This document shows positions 25,967 to 41,900 of a DNA stretch of 64,000 nt, piece after piece. Location: contig JALDTO010000208.1 in assembly GCA_023515725.1 (NCBI GenBank), positions 714,533 through 778,532 of the forward strand, given 5' to 3'. Within the stretch, counting starts at the first letter, position 1. Each line of letters starts with the position of its first letter. The stretch comes from Amoeboaphelidium protococcarum X5. Taxonomy: Eukaryota > Fungi > Aphelidiomycota. The position numbers were made by a program, and so were the translations under genes. The notes under the pieces were generated by a model, which did not search any database, was not told the DNA's origin, and was given only the letters and a program-made list of their open reading frames with translations.

Positions 25967-26565
25967 CAGATCAGCCTGAGATCTCTGAGAGCGGTAAAGC
26001 AATTTTAAATGGAAAATACCTTCAAAAACTCTATACTGTATGCTCACTTATAAAGTTTATTGCAGCTCAGTACAACCACTCTCGGCGCACTGAGATAAGA
26101 TCTGTTGTTTCCATTGTGTTTTGAGCTAAAAACCGTAATTTCAAAAGATACAAAGGTGAAAGCGATAATTTTGGGTGGAGGAACGCGTCTTGCCACTTTT
26201 GCGGCATAATGTTGAAATGTATAGCCTAATAGCTTACTATATTGACACAATTGCATGTGTGCCTCGGTCTACATTCCGTAGAAACTTTATGGCAAAGCGC
26301 GTTGTAAATCACACGCGCACTTTGGTACACAAATAACATAATGTACACTAGATCAAAGTCTACTATTAGTTTCAAAATCGTTCAATTAAAATCTATAAAC
26401 AAAAAGAGTTGGAACGTTCGGTACTATTTTATTAACTCCATTTTTATATTGCTACATTTATTAACATCATTGATGCTCATTCGAGGCTGATTAAAAATAG
26501 GGGCCGCCTTTTCAAGCTCCCCACTCTCTGATACTCGGTAGCGGCGGCGCTGTATCCGCAGGTGC

Positions 26566-27159
26566 TCAAGTTTAAGGCTAGCCATTATTGATTAAATTAT
26601 CAACGTGGACATCGAGTGATCCCTTTCTATCATAGACAAAGCCGTTTGGATAAGGAATGTTCAAGTTACTCTCAGACGTAGGAAGAAGCGGCTATTGGCC
26701 TTGAGATTCAATCTCCCTGACAATATCGCGAAGTGTAGAAGGATCGACAACCTGATACATTTCCTAAACTTACGCTGGAATTTAGAATCCAGTCTGTTAA
26801 CCCAAGAGCTGAACCTTGGCAATTCTGCGCGGACTTGTTAGAGTGCCCGTTGCAGCTTACACCGCGATCATGTTGAACGCGTCTACATCAATACTCTCTG
26901 GATACATGTTACCCTTCATCAAACGATAATCCAATGCACGCATAGGATTACTCGTTTCTACAGTCTGAATTTAGTAGTCAAACCAGTCAGGCATATCTTT
27001 GAAGGTGCGCTATATTGAACGGGCCATTTAATCAGTATAGCCATCTTTGGAGGGAACATTAGGTATGGGCACCAGAGCTGTGAAAGATTGACAGCACACG
27101 GAGACAAGCAGCAGGGCCTAAACAAGAAATGCAAATTTAAAATAATTCCTCCGATACAT
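26566..27159 (-). CDS. Orphan secreted protein (197 aa)
   Basis: Signal-peptide-like start MYRRNYFKFAFLVQALLLVSVCCQSFTALVP; frame open to TGA at 26566-26568. Confidence 0.65.
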
Positions 27160-27437
27160 AACAACAAGTAATAAACCACTAAAAAAATATACTATTTATA
27201 AAGAGAAAATATTGAAATGACCATATAGATTGTTGTGCGATTGACATTTGTGCTATCTAACTTGACTACTGATTGGACAAAAATAGAGTTCGGGTATCAC
27301 AATCTTGGCAGTCTCACTGAACCTAATGCATCATGTGGGATACTATAACCATCAATTGTAAGCAGAATCCAATTGCTAAGTTAAGAAAAATACACAAGTT
27401 GTAAAGCTCAATCAAGTAGATAATATAATCGTAATAC

Positions 27438-28652
27438 TCAATACAATCGGTCATGCAACAATTTAGGACCATACTGTTCGTAATCAGCTCTTGTCAGATA
27501 ATTTTTGTTATCATTAAACACCAACTTGCTAATCACACTTGCACCAATATACGGCGAGATGTACAGACTCTACTGGGTATTGCTCACCTCTTCACCCAAA
27601 TATGATGGAAACTGACCAAACTTCACATATCGCGGCTGCAGTTCATTCAAAAACTCGGAATTACACAAATACTTCTTCATTTCCAACTCCAATCTCAGAC
27701 GGAAACTCTCTCTAAACTTCCTCCCTGATGGTAAATGTCCATCAATGATGATATTATCCAAAAGTTGGACGCGTTTTTCCAAGTCACAAGAGTACACGGC
27801 ATCGTAAATCAGTTTAGTCAATCCAGTTTGTCCATTGGTGCCTTTAAATAGTGACTCTCCAACTCTAAGATGAGCATCATTCAGCGCATACTCGACATCT
27901 TTATACGTGAACTTTATCTACTACTTCTTACTAGCGGGACTATCTTGTTTTTCTTATTACTACGCCTAAGCAATAACTCCAGTAGGATGAACTTGACAAA
28001 TGTTATCATAAACATAAGAGACCAATTCCGCATCTAGAGCATTGCCTTTAAACAATTTATCAGATTATAACGCTTTAACAAGTAAAGATCTCAAGTTATC
28101 GCAGCTCATAAAGCTCAACTACTTGGAATAAGTGATTGAAGTATCCGTAATACAATCCAACTGACAAGTGGACATTCCAAAGTACAGTAATACTCCCGAT
28201 AAATGCTGACCATAACCATAAAGGCTGAGCAGAGGGGTGGACTAAACATAGAATTCATCCACTTGAAAAATCTCATAGAATAGCTTTATAATTTTGATCA
28301 TCGTGGGCTGATGCCTTTACCATTGAGAAGGGACAGACAAAAGCAGTGGTTGCCTCTTATTATCAGTGTTATTATCATCGTTATTCTCGCCGCCATACTA
28401 AATCATCTTCAAGACAGCTGAATAAATCATTGCCAACACATCAATGTCTACCAAGTGACCATCTTCATCTACTGGAGATTTGAAATTAGCTGGGACATTG
28501 CTTTAATTGTACTGTGGAATGTTTACGCTCTACTCCTATTCATCAACTACAATGCCCAATTTGAGGTGCACAGCTGGAGTACTGAATGGATCAGCATATC
28601 CAGCCATGACATAGTCGTTTCCAGTAACTATAACCACAGACTCTTGAACCAT
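27438..28652 (-). CDS. Actin-related protein, Arp9-like (SWI/SNF-RSC)
   Basis: Actin-fold start VVIVTGNDYVMAGYA, segment LIYDAVYSCDLEKRVQLLDNIII, and C-terminus YIGASVISKLVFND..NYLTRADYEQYGP resembling fungal Arp9; 404 aa. Confidence 0.75.
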
Positions 28653-28907
28653 CTTTATCTACTAGCAATCGGAACTACTGAAGCAGTTTGTATTTTTAGC
28701 GGTAAAACTACAGTGCAATAGGAGAGAAGAAAGGCTACGAGAACAAGAACGCGCGGAGAATGGGAAAACGACACGATGAACTGCAGTAAAAGATGCGCGA
28801 GAAAAGGTTTTAGAGAAGTTTCCATAAAGAGGGAATTGACAAAACAGATCAGGCGACTTTTTAGCTGTACTTTGACGCGTTAATTTTAGTTTATAGTAAA
28901 AGCGTAA

Positions 28908-30215
28908 ATGCGGTAGTCTGAAGAATATAATGATGTGGCCGGTCGCTTAGAGAAGATGATTGAATTTGAGAAGGATTATAGCTTTATATACGCGAATAAT
29001 CTAAACTTTTCGCTACTTGAATAATATTAATCGAAATGTCTGCTTCAATAATGGATTCAAACTGTCCCTATCAATAACGTGCTGCGGTTATTAACAGAAA
29101 GTGATAACGCGCTTGATGGTATTACTGATCAGTCATTCATCAGATTCTATTCTAGATTTTAAACTCTTAAATTGGATAGAGAGTAGTAGTAGTTAATGCA
29201 TACACCTCCACGGGAAATTAACGATAAATTAAGATTTGGAATGAAGCCGAAGAAGGTTCATGAAGTTTAGAATTACAGCGCGTTGATAAGCCAATTGCAT
29301 TCAGATCTACTACGATAGGATAATTGTAACTGTACATTAGTGGATTGTGGGGCTGGATAAGGATACCTGGCTGGGGTGCTATCTTGTTAGTACGGACAAA
29401 GAGTAATAGCACTAGACAATAGTCAGGTATAAATTGATGGTGTTATACGTCGATTGACACAGTTGGAAAAGATGTCGCGTAAAGATGCAAATATAACCTT
29501 CAAGTCTCTCACCTTTATTCAGACTGAAATTGACGAGCGCACGGATTTTGACCGTAATGTTACTACGGAGTCCAAGATTCTATATGGTCTACATGCTTGT
29601 GGAGATTTAACAAGCATTATGATCAGCAAGTTTGTTGATACATAATCTATTAAAGGTTTAGCTGTAGCTGGTTGTTGTTACTAGTGGATCAAGCAGTATC
29701 CAATGAGTCAAGTTGCACGCAATTAGAATCATGAGATATCATTCGCCGGACTTAAAGCGGCCACCTTCCCAGCTGATCTGGATGCAGAATCGTGTCATGA
29801 CTCTGTGGAGCGTCTTGTATGGCGGGCTATGCTACAAGTTTATTTGCATGATCACTGCGGACATGATAATTTTTAAATTCTCAAGTATCAAGTGGGCAAG
29901 ATTCGATAATAAAACTTGGATTTTCCGGCTTATTGCCACTTGGCATTGAAGAGGATTCTTCCGGATCACATTCCGAACACTCAGGTTATACAATCCATAT
30001 ATGATAAGTAGTATAAACGGGGATATGATAAAATTTACAAGCTTCATGCGTTCAGAATACTTATTGGTCGCATTAATGAGGAGATCGTAACGCTGGATCG
30101 CGTCGCTTATTTGCATGAACAGAGTCAAAGTGCTGGTATCCGGAATATCCGCCTGATTCCCTTGTTCGAGATGACGCACTCTCCTCGGAATATGGTTATC
30201 CTGGCAAATAGATGA
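28908..30215 (+). CDS. METTL25/RRNAD1-like SAM methyltransferase (Methyltransf_32)
   Basis: Motifs MKPKKVHEV, VDCGAG(TAA=Q)GYL, GLHACGDL, GCCY and C-terminal SPRN. Confidence 0.87.
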
Positions 30216-30566
30216 TAGATTACAGTTTAAAATTGCGCTTTATTATACAAATTTAATCCCTTTTATACCAGCCTTTCGATATCGTTCAGAACTAACAAGT
30301 CTCATGGCTAAAAATCCACAAACGACATTACGCGTTTTAGATCAAAAACTCGCTGAATGGTACATAAAATTACATTTAAATACTGCGGGGAAAGTGTACA
30401 GTACAATGAGCTCAGTGCCGACTTTAACAATAGTACAGTAAAGTCGCGACTAAATTTGACTGAAACAACCGCGATCAGCAGAGAGAGGAGAAGAGCTCGC
30501 GATTCTTTTAATATGCAACTATCGCCTTGCTGACTCTCAAATTATTGATACGGGCACTTTTGGATT

Positions 30567-31802
30567 ATGTACAAAATTCAAGGCATTAACATAAAGCATC
30601 TGTTGAAGCTTTATGCTGTGGTTTATGCGGTTGATAATTCGGACTTGATACTGGACTCTGTTAGGCAGATTCTGAATGTGGCTCGCATTGGAGGGAGTGG
30701 TTCTTTGCAATAGAAGCAGCTGAAAATGAAGGTTTTAAGCTTGAAACGACATTAGACGCCATAGATTATCACGCTGTACTACCTATTATTTACACTTTTA
30801 TCTTTTCATGGCAAGAGAAATATACTTGTGGCTTCATTTCTGTCAGGCGCTGTTTTGGCGGGACTTCCTCGACGACTATTGACTGATATGGCACTTACTA
30901 TGACTGTGCGCGCTATGGATACTCAATTCCAGAATGAGGTCAGTAGTGTGGTATCTTCCTCTTTATTCATTCTGTCAGTTACTGAGATTATGTACTCTTG
31001 GTTTTATTATCCAGAGAGTCTGCCTCCATCATATCGATCATTCATCTCCAAATTTGCAGAGATCGACTTTGATTTACTCAAACTGCTGCGAGCGTTTAAA
31101 GAAGGCCAAGTATGGTACGGACATAATAAGCTGCCTTCTTATCTTTAAGACTTTTATCAGCGAACGGGAGTTACACCTGCGAAAGATGATTGTAAATTCT
31201 TTGAGTGTAATCATATTGTTCATCCTGGCATCGGTTGCGGCTAGAATGCAGTTATGCGATTGTGCAAAGGTGCTGTTAAAGCATTCAGTATGTATGGGCC
31301 TTTATACATGATGCCTTTAATTATCTCCACACTCTTAATGGGAAAGAAGTTAACCATGCGCCGCTTACTGCGAACTTTGATATCAGCTGCAAGATCCTCA
31401 TTGTTCATTGGCACGTTTATTGCTCTTATTTGGGGTGGGATATGTTCGGTCAGAAACTATGTGCGCAATGAGTATGTATTTGGTCCTCTTATAGCTTCTT
31501 TCCTCAGCGGATTCTCTATATTTATTGAACACGCTCATCGACGCCATGAGTTGGCATTGTATTGTCTACCTCGAGCTCTATACTCGTTTGGTTACAGATT
31601 GACGCAAGCATTAGATTCAGACAAGGAGTAACAACGAGAAATAACAAATACTGGTAAATCGTTGAGATAGTTTGTGTCCACGCTAACTTATGCTATCATA
31701 TTCTCGTCCGCCAGTAGTATCATTGTTACGCGGACGTTCACTCGGCCCAAGAGTGTAAGACCACTCACTGCTAAATTGGTCAAGTCATTATTGAATGTCT
31801 GA
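30567..31802 (+). CDS. TMEM135-like membrane protein
   Basis: Motifs EIMYSWFYYPESLPPSYRSFI, CNHIVHPG, RSSLFIG and RRHELALYCLPRAL. Confidence 0.85.
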
Positions 31803-32164
31803 TTTTGGAGTGTAGTATGAGACGTTTAAGTTAATGATCTATATAGTGAGTTCCCGTATTGTGATATTTCTCTCCTAGCGCGCCCTCTTGTTATCATTTT
31901 CTGTTTGCGTATCATAGCACTCTATTCATAGAAATTAGAACATTTAATTTGCACCACTGACTTTACAGAATATTTATACCTTAATAAGTAAAAGCAATCG
32001 ACGACAGTATCCCAAAGGAGTAACCGTCCGACATTAGCCCATTTCAAACTGGACCTGGTATGGTTGGAAACGGAATGAAACGATTGTTGTTTGTTGCATC
32101 ATAAACTAGTGTAAAAACATGAATTATTATTCTTGTCTCTCTGAATCCGGATTGATATTCCAAA

Positions 32165-33919
<1,755 letters not shown>

Positions 33920-34076
33920 TATTCTATTGATGATTATTGTGAGTATGAATAGAGTATTTGAAATACGTTTTTTGCTAATAGAGATATTTCTTATTTGATC
34001 AGTTAGGTCTCTCAATATAAAATTTTCATCGTTCGTTTTCCCTTTCAAATTAAAAAACATTGCAAAAATCATAACA

Positions 34077-34975
34077 ATGGCTGATTTTAATATCAAATCT
34101 GCAAGCATAATCACGGACTAATCAACATAAAGTTACGCGTATTATGCAGTTTGCACAGAAGTCCAGGCCAAAGATTTACATAAACTTGTAAGTCTTTGTC
34201 ATTCGTCATGGCCAATGATAGATTATCAATGATGCTTTTTAAAATATTTCATGCTAATTCAGAATGAATTTGATGAAAACTATATATTTACTGAGATAAT
34301 CTAGGCTCTTGTCATTTTATTTACTTAATACTATCTCAATCTTTATCTGTAATGTAGACTCCAGCTCAATACAAAATCACAGAGCCAGATATGCGACATT
34401 TACTCGTACGATAAGGTCCCTCTGATGGACCTGTAGTCATGAGCAGATTGACTGTGATTGTGAATGACGCGTCCGATGTTCACACTATGAACAAGATGAA
34501 AGATCAGATTAGCTCTATGGGTTATTTCATAGTCGCGGCTAAACCACTTAATGAACCTGCCTTTACTGCTGCAGTCAAAGATCTTGCCAGCGTTGATTTG
34601 ATCACTCTGGATTCTGCACTGGGCGGCGCGAAATTTTCCACTTTTAATCTGGCTCAGTAGAGAGGCCTGTTTATTGAGATTTGCTACGACCGACTGGTTG
34701 ACGTGAATTCTAGTATGTAATAAAAGTAATACTTGGTCAATACAATCAAGTTTGCATATAGAACAAGTAGACGGCGAGGATTAGTTATCTCCAGTGGTGC
34801 TGGGCTGTCCGAAAATCTGTTATAGCCTGAGAAAGTTGCCAAATTGCTTGACGAGCACGCTGATCTATCTGTTAGAATGAGCACTAAATATTTGCAAGAT
34901 AATCTTCGTGAGGTGTTGTTGCATGCATACATGAGAAATTTTACCTACAAGGCTACCGTTGCTTTAATTGATTGA
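34077..34975 (+). CDS. RPP30: RNase P/MRP subunit p30 (exons 34077-34187, 34358-34975)
   Basis: Motifs SRLTVIV, IVAAKPLNE, DLITLD, RGLFIEICY and GLVISSGA; GTAAGT...TGTAG intron. Confidence 0.78.
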
Positions 34976-35151
34976 ATAGTATTGGAAATTGCATGTTGTA
35001 AATGATGATGATTCCAATCTTACTTTTATTGTTACTTTCACAGACATACATACACTCAATGATTGTTTATGTCAACTTTAGTAGTATTATTAAAAATTCA
35101 ATTGAATGACATAGTGTATAGAAATTGTATCAATTGACAGCAGTCATCAGA

Positions 35152-35748
35152 TCATACCATCCTGTCGCGCTCTTGCAGTTCTCTGTCCATTTCCAGTAAC
35201 CTGTCAGCTTTCGACTTTACACCTTGAGGAGGCTTCACACCATACCATGACGCGTAAAATCCATTCTCACTCGAACCATGAGTTTCGTAAATGTTCATAT
35301 ACTTAAGCATCTATTTTACATTATCGCCGTGCTGCTCAAGCTTCAGTCTTGATGGCAACTCTTTACTCAGATTGTTCATTGCAAAAATCTCATGAATATC
35401 AGTAATCGATAGCAGATTGCTGTTCTTTTAATCTTAAGCTTCAGTCTCGCGCTACTTCCTATTCTAAATTGTATTCAATAACAGACTATTATTATTAGTA
35501 TTCGACGCATGTGAACCAGATAGACCAGAGGCGGATGAAGATGACTCTTTAGATGATATTTGATACCGAATGGCGTCGTAATTCTTCAAGACGCTTTCAT
35601 ACTCCCTTCTGATGGACGCCGCCTCCTTTTCAAGCTATTACTCTACGGCAGTCTAAGTTATCGTCACTTTGTCTTTAGTAGAAGTTCGCGGCACTTTCCT
35701 GGCTGCCTATTCAGCTATTACTTTCGTCTTGCTCGTCACCTGTCCCAT
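35152..35748 (-). CDS. Hypothetical protein (198 aa), possibly NDUFAF4-like
   Basis: Myristoylation-like start MGQVTSK; C-terminal LSITDIHEIF...VKQMLKY. The family assignment is weak. Confidence 0.55.
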
Positions 35749-35963
35749 TACGATTGTTCTATTTGCGCGATCGTCGCGGTGAAATGAAAACGTGCGACGT
35801 TGTTTCACTTCCTCGCTAAATCTTTTCATTCCCTCTCTGTCGTTCTTTCCGTTTGAAATGTTCTGAACGCGTCTTTGTTACATTGTACTGTATTCGATCA
35901 TATCTGGTACAAAGAAGTGCGTACTGTACACTGCTATAAGCATAATATCAATAGTCTTCAGTA

Positions 35964-38900
35964 ATGGATCGTCTTGCGTAAGAACTGGTTTAGTGTAAAA
36001 GGTTGAATTAGAGAATAAAGATTGCCCAAGAAATTGTTCATATTCTAAAAAAGAGTACTTTATGTGCAGACAGTGTGAATAATGTGCTGTTGAAGATGAT
36101 GAAAGTGATTGAAGAAGAGTTCCCCAGGCAAGTTGGCAATGATAGTAAACGAGAGAAGTTGTCTGAACTTGTGCTCTAACTAAGATACATGGTTGTTATA
36201 GTCTGTGATAGTGGGTCGCCAGATGGCAGTCTGTCTCAACGTCTCATCCTTGATTAGATTGCCGTCTCATTGGTTCGTCACGTCCACAATCACTGTTTCG
36301 CGTCCGCTGATTCTCTTCTGGATTACCTCAGACTCACTTCTTCTCTCATGGTTAATTACTCTTACATTACAGATGTCTCCGCACTATTAGTCTCCCTCTT
36401 TGATGGTTTAACTGGACGCGATTTGATGTCGTATGCTGCCATAGTTGAGACATTTAAGATTCTGAATTTTGCCATAAAGTATAGGTGTCCCGAAGATCTT
36501 TATGTCTAGGCATTCACGTTCCTTCTTGAGTATGATAACTTCAAGTTGAAACTCTAGTTTATTGGACTTTTAGCTGAATTATACAAGTAGCTGACTCTGA
36601 CTAATCGACTAAGTACTCCCCTCATGGTGAAATATATCGGACTTCTGGAAGAATATTGGAGATATCACGTTGATAGGAGACTGACTTTTGATCAAAGCTT
36701 TTTTCATATTTAACTCAGTTTAGTTCTGGACTATGTTGGACACGTTAAAGCTGAAATACCTCCTCTGGGCGGTCTTTTAGAGTGCTATTATCAAGCAATA
36801 GCGGGTTCTAACACTTAGTTATAGTCTTTAAAAGAGTCTTTATCCTCTGCATTATTGCAAAAGTAATGTTTGGATTGCTTTTATGCTACTGACTAAAATG
36901 TTCTTTTGTGTCGAGTTGCATTTTCTCTGATGAAAGCATGTTCTCGTAATTATAATAATAGCGACCGTGGCACTAAGCGGCTCAAGTATCAATCGATCGG
37001 AGATATTCTTCGAGATTTACAGTAGTCGAATGCCTTGTGTTACTTGCTCTTTATCGCTGTAAATACAGAGGATTTCCTGAAAGCTAATACCGACCTTGAT
37101 GTTGAATCATTTGCTGACTATGTATTAGGCATTACGGAGGTGTCATCGGAAATGACATGCGCGCGATTGATTTGTCTTTATAAGATCTCGAAGAATATTT
37201 AAAGTTCTGTAAAAGCTGTCAAGTATGCTTGGAGTCATGTTGGATCTGCGAATTAACTTATAAGTGAACTGGCTTGTCTTGTGCTCAGTGCTCTTGATTA
37301 TCAAAGTTCTATCCGATAGTTCATTCCAATGCTGAGTTAGATTTCATCTCCGTGCGGTTAACTTGTTCTCTCAAAATTTATATTAAAGCAGAATTTGCTG
37401 GCATTTGATCATCTCGCAGTACAGGATCTAGTCGACGTCCTCTTGAAGTAGTCTTCAAATAATTGTGGGAGCTTGTCCAGTTGGTTGCAATTCATTGTAG
37501 ATTTGAACCTTGAGAGATGCCTAGAGTGTCATTAGCGGAATGAAGAGTATCATCATCTGATATCAATTTGGAGTATTAAAAGTATTAGTCTTGCTTTACA
37601 GTTAACAGATGGCAACGTTTTAGAGTAAGTTTTGATTGCCATACCTAATTGGATGCCGTATATCACGATATTCTCCCATTTTGAAGCTGCTGCAATTGGT
37701 TTAGCGGATGAAGATTGCTTGTTGGCTATCCAGAACTTTGTATTGCTAATGACTTTGAATGAATAATATCGTCTTGGCAAGTAAAGCGAAATCAATGCAA
37801 TCTTATCTCGATCATCAGATGCTCTATTATCGGGAATCAGTATGGAAAATCTGAGTTCCATGATTAGCTGTTTTTACAAGTATGTTACTGGTGAAATGCT
37901 GTCGTGTTATCCGGCCATTTCGAGTATTTTATAGGCTCTCTCTGTACAAGTTCTGCAAAGTAATAGTATTAGCAATGCCGATCTATAACACTCAATGTGC
38001 GTGCAAATTGCTTTGAGGAATCCTATTCAATGTAGAGATCTTTTGATAGCTTACCTCTTTCCAGAGTAGTAAAGCCAGATTTAGGCGGCATGTCTGGTGT
38101 TAGAGTGTATCGATCGAATCTAGCTGGACTAAGGTGATTACAAAGATTTGCTTGAATATTGTGAAGAGCTCCTATTAAGCGAATCAATGCATGCTTTAAT
38201 ATGCGCATCATCTGTTCTTAGTCTATCTGACACAATTTCCCGTAGTGATGTTAAGGAGAGTTTGTCTCAGTTGACTAGATAGTTGGATATATCACTATGT
38301 AGTCGAAGGATATTGTCAAAGAATGTTAGCAGTGTTTTAAATTGGTATATTTAACAGGATTAGAACACAAGCGCGGTTGGAATACTCACTAGCTCCGTGG
38401 CTATCAAGCGGATACTTGCGTTAAATTGTTTTGGAAACGAAATATGTCTTGCTTTGGTTCATAACGATATCTCGTTTTGGAGTGTATTGAACCTTGTAAA
38501 GTAGCTCAATTTGGAACTGTCTATGAAGATGTCATTGTATCTGTAGTACTTGTCAGTGAAGAAAAATATTCATCAAGACTTAGTCCCCTTCATCGATTAT
38601 CTCAAGAAGGCTGACTATGATTCAGCGACTATTAAACAATTCATCTTGACAGTTATCACTGATCTGAGATTGCTGCTGAATGGTTTTGATTATGATTACT
38701 TCTAAGCATTAGTGTATCCTCTATGTAATGATAATTACATTAGTCGCACTGACTCTTTGAGGTAAGTTGATTATCCATCGTCTGGTGTTGTTAGTGCTGA
38801 AAATTTCTGGATGCTTGCCTAACTGCTAGACTCTATTGACTCTGCATAGTTATAATGTATCTTCTCTTCTCCACTTAGTAACAATCTGGTGTAGTTGCAG

Positions 38901-41900
38901 TTATTTGCTTATGGCGTAGCGTCGTACTTTTGCCAAGAGAAAAGAAACGATGCAGATGCTGTGATGTAGAAAATCAATTCTGTTCTGACTCTCAGTGTCG
39001 ATGATATGCTCAAATGTCCTGCTTAGATAGCATTCTGGTCTATACTTGCTTTGACTCATCTCGATGGTGACACGCTTCTTGGCGCTAGCGTAGATAGAAT
39101 GGTTGAGCATTTGTGTAAAGTATGTGACGTTGAAGGTGAAGAACTTTTTTCTGCGGCCAATCTTAGGTGGATATTTCATCAACTTGTCGCTATTGCTAGA
39201 TAGACGGAACTGTAAACTCTGTTGTAATTATTTATTAACTGTTTCCATTACTATCTTGACAAAGCTGAAATTTATGGTATCATGAACTCTATTGATGTCT
39301 ATGTGCTGCCATGGATTGATGATTTGTTTCGAAAGTGGAATTCAGATGTTGCCATTGGTGGTTTGGACCCTGGTATCTGTTTTTAAGCTTATGAGAAAAT
39401 TAAACAGTATTGTTAAGGAGAAACTTGGACTATAAAACTTTAAAGTGCCATTTCTCTGGTGCAGAGTGGTATTGATAGAACCCAGTGGAACAAGCAAAAG
39501 ACATCAGGCAGTAAAAGTGATTTGGACGTTTTTATCTGCGCGCTTGCATAGTAGACATAGTTTTCTCTGTTGCGTCTTGTGTTGGAGTAGTAGAATGTGG
39601 ATGCTGCTAATCTGCTGTCTTGTCTCTGCGCCAATGCATCATTGCGCGTTTTATTGTAATCTGAACCTGATTTGGCGATATTCGCCTGTCCTTCTGTTAA
39701 GTACAATGTATCATCCAAGTCGTCCAGTTAAGTCACCCCTTTTTAAAGTCTGTTTTTAATCTGCCTCCGAGTCCTTGGGGTAGATTAAGTTTACCAGATG
39801 CCTTAGGACGTCGACTTGGTAGTAAATATTATATTGCTAGCATTGGTCACCTGTCATAAAGACGAAAGTTTATATGAAGATGTGATCATGGCCTACGGTC
39901 AATGCCTTGAAAACAATGATAGCCAAATTTAGGTTCAGATTCTTCTAATTGTCCTTGAGAGATTGATCAGGTTAATGTACATAATGTATCCCAATGCTAA
40001 TATATGTTAATGTGCTACTAAAATGAAGGTAAATTACTTTCATGTTGCTAAAGCTCTGTAATCTTAGAAGATGTTTGAACAAGCTGCTCTATGGTTCGGG
40101 TTTTGCCATGTGTTTTATTAAAATTCAGATCTGGCTCTGGAGGGATTTCGCTTAAGTGTCAGTTGTTTATAGGATGCCAACTATTTCTCGTGCTTTTAAG
40201 ATAGCTCATTCAGTATAAGCACTATCACTGATCAATTGCTCACAAATAACGACTGGCTCACTGCGTTATAGATGTCTGGCGTGACAGGTAGTGGCCTTGC
40301 AGCGGTCAAGCTGTAAAGTCTTTGTTAGTTGGGACTTGAATCTGTGGCACTGGACTCTATTGGTTAGTCCTCTGATTTGGACATTCCAGCTGATGTAGCG
40401 ATTGAGCTTGATAAATGGGATTTGGATGTAAAGCCTTGGAATGAGCCTCTCGATTATACTACTTTGACCATGGCGCGATTATTGAGTTTCAAAGATTTTA
40501 CGAGTGAATTGTTTGAATAGCAAAGCAGCCTAATCATTAAAATGATTGAATCCAAGTCTGTCTCTGTAGATGATTCTGATGCTATTTAAAAGTAGTTTGA
40601 CATTGTACATAGCGCTCTCGGCGCCGGTGGTTTGTAAGAACTGACTGCTATGCTTCGTGGTAAGAAAAGTAAATTTCCGAAATAGTCTCATGTGCTTAAA
40701 CTTGGAGAGCTTGTTTTGAAGCAAAGTGCTATGGGCAATACTAAGTTGAAATTAGATTTTATTGAGGCCAAGTGTGAGTTTCTCGCGTCTCTGGATTAAG
40801 GATCTTCCTTGCTGAACGAAATTGTCTAGCTTAGAACGGATCCGGATGTTAGTTAAGAGATGATCTCGTTGTATACTGTCATGGCTTTGGATATGCTGAA
40901 TTTGAAGAAGTTGGCCATATAGGAAGCTTAACAATCTATTGCCTATCTCTCAGGATCGCCAAGCCATTTACTCAGGATCAAGACTCTTTTAGCTGATCTA
41001 CATTATACTACCAAGTCTGCTTCACTGTCTGATATATAAAGTCTATACTCCTCTTGCATGCAGTCAATTGGTGATAATGCTGAATCACACGCATGTCTTC
41101 TGCAGTTCAATCAATTCTGCTATCAGGAGCATCGACGATTGCTGTAAAGTCATCAGGCAGAAACGTTGTAAAGTATCTTGAAGTCATAAAAGACGCTATT
41201 GTCAAACACTCCCCGGTAATCGATGCCGTCTGCCGATGGATAGCCTACTGAAGTCGACAAATTCTATCATAAATTGAACAAGTAACATCAGCATGATTAA
41301 ATTCTCCTTGAAGAACATCTGAAGCTGCAATCTCAATTTTTGAGCGACTATGTTGACTCCACTTTGCGCCTGCTCTCCTCTGCTCGTCTTAACAAGAATG
41401 GTTATCGTCTGGTTGTTTTTAGATTTCTTGCGGTATTGAATGAAATAGATGATGCGGATTTAATGAGAAGTATTCACTAGAAACTGGATAATGTCGTCTC
41501 CGGATATTTTGTCTCTGTTGTTAATCAACTCTGTGCGATGCTATCATCAGAGTCGAAATCTTCTCCTTAACTATAGAAGTCTGTTGCAAAAGTGTTGTTG
41601 AAACTTCTAAATGATCACTACTATCATTCGATGTGGCCAGTCTTGGCTTCTTATAATTCTGCTATCGATAATGGCCATGGTGGCGCTATAGTCGATTTGA
41701 TATAGTAATTGCAAACTGATGGCTAGTCTAAATGCTTGAGTTTACTAAATGCTGGACTTTTATTTACAAAAGTTTGTGTCGATATTGCAAATCTTCCATC
41801 TTTTAAAAGGCTTTCACAATGTACCTTGTCGTCGATTGTTACAAAAGAGGTCATCAAACAGCTTTAATCTCTGCCCATACCTGTACAGAATGTTGCTGTC

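Noticed and set aside
25990-26560. Possible small gene divergent from MPS1
   Set aside because: Only short or uninformative frames; with a single stop codon such frames arise by chance.
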